Shown: positions 51,286-62,250 of the stretch, one piece after another | Position numbering within the stretch: the stretch's first letter is position 1 | Layout of the letters: each line of letters begins with the position of its first letter | DNA from: Octopus sinensis | Taxonomy: Eukaryota | NCBI RefSeq assembly: GCF_006345805.1 | Contig: NC_043009.1 | Span: 37,882,001-37,946,000 of the forward strand | Length of the DNA: 64,000 nucleotides | Reading direction: 5' to 3' | The notes under the pieces: generated by a model | Told to the model about the DNA's origin: nothing | The model's input: the letters and a program-made list of their open reading frames with translations, nothing else | The model's database searches: none | Program-made: the position numbers and the translations under genes

Positions 51286-52699
51286 TATATATATATATAT
51301 CTCACTAGTTTTTCATCAGATTCTGCTATTTTGTTTGTGTAACTAGAATGGTTTGTGTAATTAGAATAAGTTTGTGTACAAGTGGATATCTATAAGAGAA
51401 GTAGTACTGGGTATCAATCAAAGAATAAAATAAAAGTGAAAACCATTTTCCAGGCCTATCAAACCCATTCTCATCCAAAAACAATAGTTGTAGAAATATA
51501 TTTATTAATAACTGCAATGAAAAGCTATCAAAATTAGACAACGTTATATCTTGGAACAGATGAACTGAGTTACTTTTTAGTGACAGCGCCATTTTTGGAT
51601 ACAATTCCAACTTCAAAGTGTTCCTGTTTATTGCAACAACTATGAGAAAAACACAACAGTCACACAGTTATTAAATTTTATTCAAACAGTCTCTGGAACA
51701 TTTTCACTTCCGTCAGGAAACAATGACAAGCAAGCAAGTTCATATTAAATATAAGGCACAGTTTCGTCATAATTGGAAATACACAGAAAAATTGTTTGCT
51801 TCCTTGATAAAAAGGAAAACAATTAGTCTTCGAGAATTGACAGCCTTGTGAAGATGCTGCATTATTGTTTCTTTTTTTAAAATTAAAATCTTATTTTGCA
51901 TGTCTCTAGCCATTATTATTATTTATTTTTTTTGTTTGTTATTTTGTTGAAGCTAATATTATGAATAGAAATATTGAAAAATATAATAATAATTTGACTG
52001 AATTAAGAGTGTTGTAAAAAGAAATAGTTGTTATTTTTGAGTAAACAAAGATTCCCTTGAGGTTGGACATGTTGATTAGAAACTTATCTGCAACCAGTAT
52101 TGTCACAAATTAATTAGCTATCTGGCTACTGCCAATTATTGTTGCTTACCATAACTCAACACAACAATAAATTAAAAATAATATAAAATACAAAAACAAA
52201 CAAACAAACAAAAGAAACCAACAGCAAAAAACAAACTATATCACAAAAGTATTTCTACCTTATCAAGAGAATAATCTCTTCTCATAGCTGTAATGTATGT
52301 AGAAGCTAGATCTTATATGGAGACTATAATTGAGCCTTTTGAGATTCACTGGGTTATTAATAGCATTGGAAGAAGAGAAACGGTAGCATTCATGACCATA
52401 CTTCTTTTTTATGGTCTCTGAGACTTGAATGAAAAAGAGAGACAGAAGCCATGAGCCTAAAGGCCTTACCTGGCTATCAGTAACTGAATGGATTGTAGGT
52501 GCTCAAGGGTCAGGTTGTAATACTGTCACGGATTAAGTCCATCCACAAGATCCTACATCCACATACATTCTGCTTGTTTAGTTTCTCTCACAAGACTTGG
52601 AGCAAACCAAAGTCATGATAGAAGGTGCCGTGTGCAATGGAAATGGACTTGAAACCATTTGGCTGTGAAGTTAACTGTGAGAAGTCTGTAGAGAGAATT

Positions 52700-53040
52700 A
52701 AAGGTAAAGACCCCCTTCAGTCATAAATGACCATGGGATTGCACCTAGGAAGTTTCCTTCTGAGGCACAAGTCCGAGCAAGGTAGTTTATGGAAGACCAG
52801 CAGTCACCCATGCATATCAGCCTCTCCTCTCTGCGCCACTGATGTTATCCAAGGGAAAGGCAAAGGCTAATACAGCTTGGAACCAGTGATGTTGCTATTC
52901 ATTTCTACAGCTGAGTGAACTGGAGCAATGTGAAATAAAGTGTCTTGCTCAAGAACACAACACACAGCCTGGTCTGGGAATTGAACTCATTACCTCATGA
53001 TTGTGAGCCCAACACTCTAACCACTGAGCCATGCACTTTT
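52700..53040 (-). mobile_element. Family C SINE, long-tail variant
   Basis: Reverse match to 55376-55690. Confidence 0.85.
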
Positions 53041-53077
53041 ACAGGGAATTAGTGAATGTATAAATTCCATATATTAA

Positions 53078-53175
53078 CCCTTTTGGTACCAACATATTCA
53101 AAACCACCCCTGGTTCTATGATGCAAAACTTCCAGGTTTAAAGCAATCTAAATTTAAACTTCTCATCAAGATTAC
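53078..53175. mobile_element. piggyBac-type MITE left-end fragment
   Basis: TTAA-CCCTTTTGGTACC. Confidence 0.5.
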
Positions 53176-53186
53176 AATTTGTAGTA

Positions 53187-53562
53187 TACTCTTTTACTTG
53201 TTTCAGTCATTTGACTGCGGCCATGCTGGATCACTGCCTTTAGTCGAGCAAATCGACCCCAGGACTTATTCTTTGTTAAACCTAGTACTTATTCTATCGG
53301 TCTCTTTTGCCGAACTGCTAAGTTACAGGGACGTAAACACACCAGCATCAGCATCGGTTGTCAAGCAATGTTTGGGGGGGGGGGGCAAACACAGACACAC
53401 AAACATATACACACACAAACGTACACACACACACATATATATATACATATATATGATGGGCTTCTTTCAGTTTCCGTCTACCAAATCTACTCACTAGGCT
53501 TTGGTTGGCCCGAGGCTATAGTAGAAGATACTTGCGCAAGGTGCCATGCAGTGGGACTGAAC
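53187..53562 (-). mobile_element. Family A SINE, head truncated
   Basis: Matches the family A consensus. Confidence 0.9.
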
Positions 53563-54018
53563 AAATAATACTGAATAGTGTATGACTATAATTGAGACGG
53601 CATGACTAAAATAAGCTATATTTGTGGTCCAGGCAAACTGATGTATAATAAAGATTTCTAATCAATATGATAATGTCACATTTTTCTATGACATCAATAA
53701 TACAGTAAACGTTCATTCTATTTTATAAGCATGCTCAAGATCTTATCGATTAAGGTGGTTTCCTAGTTTACTAACATGTTGAAATGATTTACAAGTAAAA
53801 TCTTAAACCAAACCGAGAAAGCAAAAGGACAAAGTATACTTAAATTCTATTTATAAATTGCTATGGACTTCAGTTTTTGTATGCACACTACTGCTAAACA
53901 GACCGACACACCTTAGAATTATATTTGTGTTTCAATAAATCCACTATAATAGGTAATAACACAAAGGTGTTCCAGCTGTAGCCACCCAATCAATATATTT
54001 CTTAAAATACATGTTAAA

Positions 54019-54212
54019 ATATTCTGTTGTGTCTGGGGAGAGTCATTTTCTTTTTGTGCCTTACGATTTAACACACTCACCGGTAAAAATTTCCACTTAC
54101 TTCTTATTTTTATTTTCCCAAAATTTTTCGTTGTGTGGAAATTTTACCAGTGAATGTGTTAAATCATAAGGCACAAAAACGAAAATGACGCTCCCCAGAC
54201 ACAACAGAATAT
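54019..54212. repeat. Foldback inverted repeat with ~77-bp arms
   Basis: 54019-54096 is the reverse complement of 54135-54212 with a few mismatches or indels. Confidence 0.9.
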
Positions 54213-54665
54213 GCTTCAACACACGAACTCGTATAGAGAATCTTGCAAACCAAATCCAAAAACGAAATTAAGATATAATGTTAAATCTGTTATATATGTG
54301 CAGGTATAAGTTGTGTGGTAAGAATTTTGCTTCTCAACCACATGGTTCCAAGGTTCAGTCCAACCAAGGACTTATGAGGGTATTTGGGAGATGGAAATGG
54401 AAAGAAGCCCATTGTGTGTGTGTGTTTGTGTGTACATTATCAACATCATCATTATTTAAAACAGTTTGATTCAGTTCCATGTGGGGAGTTGAATGAAACT
54501 GTTTAAAAAAATAATCCCTACTAAATGTTTTGAGTGCCTTTTGCGTTTGTCAACTAGTATATATATATATGTGTGTGTGTGTGTGTGCAAAACGTTGACT
54601 CGTTAGTTATAAAAGGTACCTAAATTTACCAGTTTGTCATTAATTTCCCGAATGCAGCAAGCCTA

Positions 54666-54838
54666 CCAAGACTGACACAAAATCAGAGGGAGCAAGCCTT
54701 CAGACATCTGGTCAACGTTCATGGATCATTGCTAATAATCTGAACTGCAGTGTTTGAACAACTGAGTAGCTGAGGGAGTGATACAATGCCACAAACAGCA
54801 TGGATGATCGTCCACACAGTGGCCGACCAAGGGCTACA
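54666..54838 (+). mobile_element. Tc1-like transposase N-terminal relic
   Basis: PRLTQNQREQA ... NCSV*TTE*LRE*YNATNSMDDRPHSGRPRAT matches the Tc1 paired-like domain (DRPRSGRPR). Confidence 0.75.
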
Positions 54839-55375
54839 ATGGCATGTCAAATCCTGAAGCTGAGTACTACTGGGAAATATGGGTTAAAATATTGTAAGAT
54901 GCATCACCAACAGTTTGATAAAATAATTGATGCCACAAAGATTATTTATTTCCATAAGTCTATACGTCTATTTTGAAACAAAGCATGCAATAACAAACCA
55001 ATATTTGATAATGAAATGTCAGAGTATGTGTCTGTGTAAAAAAATACAAAAAAAAAAAACTAGTAATGAAACTATTTACATTCTCATCCTTCCATATGGG
55101 AGGATGATTGATGACAATAATGTGGTTGTGTGGTTAAGAATTTTGCTTCCCAATCACAGGATTTTGGAGTCAGTCCCTTGGTGTGCAACCTTGGGTAAGT
55201 GTCTTCTACTATAGCTTCAGGTTGGCCAAAGCCTTGTGAGTAGATTTGGTAGACAGAAGCCGAAAGGAGTCTGTTGTGTATGTGTGTATATGTACTCACA
55301 CACACACACACCACATAAGTTCTGGCAAGTTTGAATGTAAAATAACTGTCATTATTAAGCTGGTGTTTGGATCAT

Positions 55376-55690
55376 GAAGGTGCATGGCTCAGTGGTTAGA
55401 GCATTGAACTTACGACCGTGAGGTTGTGAGTTCAAATCCCGGACCGGGCTGCGTGTTGTGTTCTTGAGCAAGACACTTTATTATACGTTGCTTCAGTTCA
55501 CTCAGCTGTAGAAATGAGTTGCAACGTCACTGGTGCCAAGGTGTATCGGCCTTTGCCTTTCCCTTGGATAACATCGGTGGTGTGGAGAGGGGAGGCAATT
55601 GCTGGTCTTCCATAAACAACCTTGCCCGGACTTGTGCCTCGGAGGGTAACTTTCTAGGTGCAATCCTATGGTCATTCGTGACTGAAGGCA
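55376..55690 (+). mobile_element. Family C SINE, long-tail variant
   Basis: Head ggctcagtggttagagc...gagttcaaatccc; cttgagcaagacacttt. Confidence 0.88.
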
Positions 55691-55769
55691 ATTTCTGATT
55701 CCAATTCAGTGTTTGGATCATAAATTAACAGCAAAGTTTGCTGGAGAGTTTAAATTTAGATCACTTTAA

Positions 55770-55994
55770 CCCCCATGTTTTTTTTTTACCATATTTCTAA
55801 CCAAAAATACTGCTTTGTTTCAATTAATTTTGAAAATAACGAAGAATTTAGTAGAATAGCTTTATCATATGAAACTGGTGTTTGGAATATATATTTAAAG
55901 AAAATTTTGTGGAAGGTTTAATTTATATAACTTTAAAAACAAGAAGTTAGCATCATAGAATCAGAGGTCTCTCAGGCAGGTTGATATCAAAAGG
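55770..55994. mobile_element. piggyBac-type MITE family 1, degenerate
   Basis: TTAA-CCCC ... AAAAGG-TTAA; internal match to family 1. Confidence 0.7.
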
Positions 55995-56961
55995 TTAAAG
56001 AGAAGAGAAGATCTGAAGAAGATGCAGAAAACAGAATGAAATTTTTATCGAACATTTGTCGCTTCAGTTTCTATATGATCTTGCATCAAACTTTACACGA
56101 GAATGTCTATCTTCAATCTCACAATCAAACAGTCTTGAAAAACATGAAAATTTGCTTCCAGTAACTGACAGATATCCAGTAAGATAGAAATCAGATCACA
56201 CTATATGTGTGTGTGTGTATATTTAGTCAACAGATATATATATATCTGGATCAGGAAACAATCTACTAAATCATTCTACCTTTACAAACATAAACAGATC
56301 CTATCTGTATCTAGCTTGGAGTTTGGTATTGGATGATTTAAAATAAAAAGATGTGTGCAGTGAAGTGGAACTTTTACTATGTAGAGCAAGAATCCCTTAT
56401 AAACAAACCTATAGCAAAAACCAAAAAAAAAAAAGACCTCACCAAAAGAAAAACAAGGGAAATCAGTATCCAATATCTTATTCCCATTTCATGGTTGGTT
56501 GGTTAGTAATAGGCATGGAATCCAGTCATATAAACAATTGTTCCAACAATATGCTAATTTCCAAATCTACCAAAAGACAAAAACCAAAAAGAATCCCCTC
56601 CCCTTCCTCAATACTAATAATGAAGAACTGAAGATAAAATCCAAAACATACACAGTTATCATATCTTTCATACATTTTGGAACAAATAGCAAGTAAGCAG
56701 TTTGAAGGCAAACTGCAGGGCATAATAAAACAATATTACAAAAATTAATTAAATGATACCTTTACACATTAATAATTTGATTTCGTTATCTTTCGCACTT
56801 CGTATCTATTGTTTCTCACAAACAAAACCCCACTACTTCTCCCTTTTGCTAACAACCCTTTACTTCTTTCTCATTCACTAACATTTTTCTCTCTCTGTCC
56901 CTGTCAGTCTCTCCCACTCTCTGTTATTCTCTCTCTCTCTCTCCCTCATTCTGTTTCTCTA

Positions 56962-57163
56962 AGAACCATCCCCATCTTTGTAAATAGGTACCACAAATAG
57001 CTGCAGTCCATCACTAGAAACAATTGGAACATCATAATTGATGATGATTCCATGGGTGGAGTCTTTAAACAAGATGGACTCTCCCTAACTGATTGGTTTC
57101 TGTATGATTCATTTTTTTGAAATGATGCTTCCAAAACTGAAAGTAGTTGTGAATTACAAGTGA
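56962..57163 (+). pseudogene. Possible Penelope-like RT/GIY-YIG linker relic
   Basis: TIPIFVNRYHK*LQSITRNNWNIIIDDDSMGGVF resembles the recalled PLE linker IPLV.TYHP..L..I.R.NW.IL..D. Confidence 0.35.
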
Positions 57164-57309
57164 CTAATTCATATTCTTATTCTCTTTAATATGCTTATTA
57201 CACTATGTATTCCGAATAGAGTAATTTATTTTATATATAAAATCCTTGCATTTTATATAATATTCTAACCAAATATGATATCATATATTCTTATATATGC
57301 TGGTATCAC

Positions 57310-57497
57310 ATTAAAAGCACTGGTACTGGTGCCACATAAAAGGCACCCAGTACACTATGTAAAAGTGATTGGCATTAGGAAGGGCATCCAGCCATAGAAA
57401 ACATGCCAGGACAGACAATGGAGCCTGGTGTGGACCCCAGCCTTACCAGCTCCTGTCAAACCATCCAACCCATGTTAGCAAGGGATGATGATGATGA
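57310..57497 (+). mobile_element. RTE-type 3' UTR with (GAT)n tail
   Basis: ttggcattaggaagggcatccagcc...caacccatgttagca. Confidence 0.75.
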
Positions 57498-57789
57498 TTC
57501 TCTTGATTTGAGGATACAGAATTAAATTTACAGATTGCAATACTCCCCAATCTAGGCCTTGGGTATTTTTTGCTCACCAAATGTTGAGTAAAGAACATTA
57601 TTATACTTTTACAACAGATATATTGGATGTGCAATGAAGAATCAAAGAAAAGATCTTCTAAATCCCTAATATAAGGGCCTAATTTTTAGTTCTGGTTTCA
57701 TGTTAGGAAGTAGTTAAGAGAGAAGTCTCATACTGGATATGACTCCAATCAAACATAGGTGATACTTCTGGATGATTACCTGTTTCCGA

Positions 57790-58115
57790 CAACTAGGTGA
57801 ACAGAGTTACTATAGGATGCTGGTCTGTCATACATAGGTAACATTCCAGATGAATTGGGTAACTATTACTGACAGCTAAGTGAACTGAGATGCTGTCAGA
57901 TGTTGGTCTATCAATTAACATTCCTGCTGACCTGGTTGACTATTACTGGGGACTTGGTGAACTAAAATAATGTAGATGGATAGTTTATTACACCCAGATG
58001 ATTTGGTAAGAATTACAGGTGGTTAAATGAACTGAGACACCATGGTGTGTTGGTTTATTACAGGCAACATGTTTTGATCTGAAAACTATCACTGCCAGCT
58101 ATGTGAACTGAGATA
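57790..58115. repeat. Highly degenerate tandem array with 70-83 bp period
   Basis: (g/a)tgaac(t/a)(g/a)a at 57797, 57880, 57957, 58027 and 58103; actat(t/c)actg recurs. Confidence 0.6.
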
Positions 58116-58791
58116 ATACAATGTATACAATGAAATGCCAGCACTAGATTTGAACTCTTAACCTATGCATTCAATATCATACATAACCAAGCATATTTTC
58201 TCTCTGCCTGGAGTATTGGCTCAGGATGATTGACTATATCTCTCATGGTATTTTGTGGAGATGGGAACTAACTGGGGCACTGCTTGGAAAGTTACGGGGC
58301 ACTGCTTTGAAAGTTACTCAGGAAGACCCGGGATGCAAGAACATGCTGTGAAGGTGCATGGCCCCATATCTGACCTGATCTTAACATGAACAAACACAAA
58401 AATTCAATGTTTTGGCTACATGCAACACAATGAAACAGCACTGCATTATGTTGCTTGATGTTTCTATATTAATTATCTGATATATTTGTAACTAGGCAAA
58501 TCTGGTACACATGTGCAGCATTTACACCATCTTTGGCAGTAGGAATCTCTGTTAGTTTAGGATCATAATTCATCTGCATGTATATGAGCAGGCTGGGGTA
58601 AGAATTTTTTAGTAATACTGAAGGCTGTCAATGCATAGAAGTCTTCCTCTTCAATGATACTGATATTACCCAAGGAGAATGAGATTGAATGTGATGGTTT
58701 TTCTACGGAATAAAGCTTGGCACCAGTTTTCTCACAGATGTTACTCTCAGAACACAAAGATCTAGAACAGATACTGTAAAACATCTTGTAA

Positions 58792-59196
58792 TAGGTGCAG
58801 GAGTAGCTTGCTAACCAACCACATGGTTCCAGGTTCGGTCCCACTGCGTGGCATCTTGGGCAAGTGTCTTCTGCTATAGTCCCGGGCCAACCAATGCCTT
58901 GTGAGTGGATTTGGTAGACAGAAACTGAAAGAAGCCTGTCGTATATATGTATATATATATAAGTGTGTGTGTATATGTTTGTGTGTCTGTGTTTGTCCCC
59001 CTAGCATTGCATGACAACCGATGCTGGTGTGTTTACGTCCCCGTCACTTAGCGGTTCGGCAAAAGAGACCGATAGAATAAGTACTGGGCTTACAAAGAAT
59101 AAGTCCCAGGGTCGATTTGCTCAACTAAAGGCGGTGTTCCAGCATGGCCGCAGTCAAATGACTGAAACAAGTAAAAGAGTAAAGAGTAAAGAGTAA
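58792..59196 (+). mobile_element. Family A SINE
   Basis: Matches the family A consensus, with (AAAGAGT)n tail. Confidence 0.92.
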
Positions 59197-59906
59197 TAGT
59201 TTTGCTAACAAACTGCTCAGGATCGTCACTTTCTTATCGACCCTGAAACGATGAAGAATGAAGCTGATCTCGGCAGGATTTGAACTCAGAGAGCAGGGAA
59301 TCGGAACAAATATCACAAAGCATTTTATTCAACAATCTAATGATTTTTGCCAATCTCCTGTCTTTACACCATACATGGTGTCTAAACTTGATGCCGCAAT
59401 TAGTTTATTACACACTCATCTAAATCAAATAATATTTCATGTTTGTCCATTCTTAATAGTTAGCATAGAAATATTAAAATGACTGAATAAGGACAGACAG
59501 AGAGCAAATATGAAAAACTAATTTATGAGCTAGCAAAACATGTTTAAGTGTGCACTGATAAAAACACAGAGCTAAATAATAACACCCACGCAAGGCGTGA
59601 GAAAAACCGACCATAAAACGAATAAATTGTGAGAACAAAATAAATAGATTTACAAATGGTTTCTTGCATAAATAAAATAATAATTAGAGGAGGAGGAGGG
59701 GGGAGTAATAAAACCCTGACCTTTGGTGTTTGTTATATTAACCACGGAAAGATGAAAAGCAAAGCCAATATTCAGAAAATTTGGATTCAGAAAGAAAGAC
59801 AGAAAGAAAGAGAAAGAGAGAGAGAGAGAGAGGGAGGGAGAAAGAGAGAGAGGGAGAAAGAGAGAGAGAGAGAAAGAGGGAGGGAGAGAGAACGAGAAAG
59901 AGAGAG

Positions 59907-59946
<40 letters not shown>

Positions 59947-60103
59947 AACAACATTATAAACAACACATACATATATATATAATAAACCTTTACATATATA
60001 AATAACGTGAAATACACGAAGGGACGAACATAAGAGACAGACGGGTCATTCAAAGCCTTCGTTCTTCAGTCAGAAACCGATTCCTCATCGCAGATTTCGG
60101 CTG

Positions 60104-60134
<31 letters not shown>

Positions 60135-60639
60135 GTTGTTTATAATAGGGGAGCTTGAAGTAGATAAAGTTACGAATAGTAGTCTAAATATTGGGTTAAA
60201 AATCCCTTTGGATGGAATAAGTCAAAAGCTGCATGTTTTTTTTTACCCAATATTTAAATGCTGTTATTTATAGCCTTATATGCTTTGAGCTCCACTGTTA
60301 AAAACGATTTATTTCATATCTCTCAAACATTCTAAATTCTTATGATGCAAAATATATGTATATCATCATTTTGTATCCACTTTTCTATGCCTGCATGGAT
60401 CAGACAGGATTTGCCAAGCCAGATTTTTTTCCCCAACCAGATGCACTTCCTATCACCAAGCCACATCAGTTTTTCTCAAAGCAGCATAATATTTCCCCAA
60501 GGCCAGATATGTTTACACAGAAAATCAGAAACGAATGACACTGACCATTCGTTTACAACTATTGCATTATGCAACATCAACACAAGGAGGAATAAACACA
60601 TGAACATCGAACCAAATATCAATGGAAACAGTAGTTGTG

Positions 60640-61096
60640 ATACCTGTGCCGGTGACACATAAAAAGCACCATCCGAACGTGGCCGTTGCCAGTGCAGCCT
60701 CCACTGGCTTCTGTGCCGGTGGCACATAAAAAGCACCATCCGAACGTGACCGATGCCAACCCTGCCTCGAATAGCTTCTGTGCCGGTGGCACATAAAAAG
60801 CACCATCCGAACGTGGCTGATGCCAGCACCGCCTTGACTGGCTTCTGTGCCGGTGGCACATAAAAAAGCACCAACCGATCGTGGCCGATGCCAGACCCCT
60901 CTGGCAGCTGTGCAGGTGGCACGTAAAAAGCACTCACTACACTCGTGGAGTGGTTGGCGTTAGGAAGGGCATCCAGCTGTAGAGACACTGCCAGATCAGA
61001 CTGGAGCCTGGGGCAGCCCCTGGCTCCCCAGACCCCCGGTCAAACCGTCCAACCCGTGCTAGCGCAGAAAACGGACATTAAACGATGATGATGATG
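60640..61096 (+). mobile_element. RTE-type 3' end with expanded internal ~60-65 bp VNTR
   Basis: Five tgtgccggtggcacataaaaagcacc units, then gttggcgttaggaagggcatcc and a (GAT)n tail. Confidence 0.88.
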
Positions 61097-61241
61097 GCTG
61101 TGTGCGAGCTGTTTGCTTCTCACCCACATGGTTCCAGATTCAATCTCCCTGTGTGGCATCTTCAGCAAGTGTCTGCTAATATTGGCCCAGGCTGACCAAA
61201 GCCTTGCGAGTGGATTTGGTAGACAGAAACTGAAAGAAGCC

Positions 61242-61483
61242 AGAGACTGAAAGACAGTGAGCTAGCAGAAGCGTTAGCACGCCAGGCGAAATGCTTACTG
61301 GTATTTCATCTGTCGCCACATTCTGAGTTCAAATTCCACCGAGGTCAACCTTGCCTTTCATCCTTTCGGGGTCGATTAAATAAGTATCAGTTACGTACTG
61401 AGGTCGATGTAATCGACTTAATCCCTTTGTCTGTCCTTGTTTGTCCTCTCTATGTTTAGCCCCTTGTGGGCAATAAAGAAATA
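61242..61483 (+). mobile_element. Family M SINE (second tail type) inserted into a family A SINE
   Basis: 17-bp TSD agaaactgaaagaagcc at 61225 and 61484. Confidence 0.85.
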
Positions 61484-61503
61484 AGAAACTGAAAGAAGCC
61501 CAT

Positions 61504-61557
<54 letters not shown>

Positions 61558-61807
61558 CCAACTAAGGAGACAAAGAAAGATCTTAACACACCTTTAACAA
61601 GCAGTTACAGTTGTTTCTGTACTAACTCTGCTTTCAATGACAGTAAAAGTGCCAAGTGAAAATTTATGTAATATTTTCAGTTTTACATAACATTAGCTAG
61701 GCACTACTTCTGACCTGCATCAAAGATGTGTTCTTACATTGTAGATAGCCTAAAGCTCAGGCTGTGCAGCACTGGAAAGACTCCATCTTTCTAACCTCCT
61801 AGGACCT

Positions 61808-61857
<50 letters not shown>

Positions 61858-61879
61858 CACACACACACACATATATATA

Positions 61880-62250
61880 CAAGCAAAATTCCCCACCCCC
61901 GTCCAATGGATGGTGCTGAGTTGTCAAACATTTAAACCAAATTTTCTCAAAACAACTTGTCCAACCATCCCATAGGCCTCTCCTTTGAGAAACACTGATT
62001 TAACCTAAATTTGAGACACCAGCAAAAGACGGATTTCGACTGATGTACATGCATGTACAAATGCACGTTCCCATGGCTTTATCAATCGCATTCTCACCTG
62101 GAATCGATTTTTGTAATTCTTTCAAGACTTATACATGCCCTGATACCGTTGGTATTTACAAATCAAATTTGAGCGCAATCGGATGGCGGATGCCCAAGAT
62201 CCTAGAAGACATGCACACAGACAGACATAATGGATTTTATATAATATATA
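61880..62250 (+). mobile_element. Possible non-autonomous Helitron/Helentron-like element
   Basis: aaatttgagcgcaatcgg...cacagacagacat...ttttatataata pattern typical of such elements; no ORF. Confidence 0.35.

Noticed and set aside
52470-52555. Stop-codon recoding (TGA to Trp by editing, or Sec) in DLVDGLNP*QYY
   Set aside because: There is no good upstream acceptor, the adjacent sequence is a decayed SINE, and an AG just after the TGA explains the frame without recoding
60476-60988. 170-aa repetitive ORF
   Set aside because: It is the antisense translation of the RTE 3' UTR VNTR
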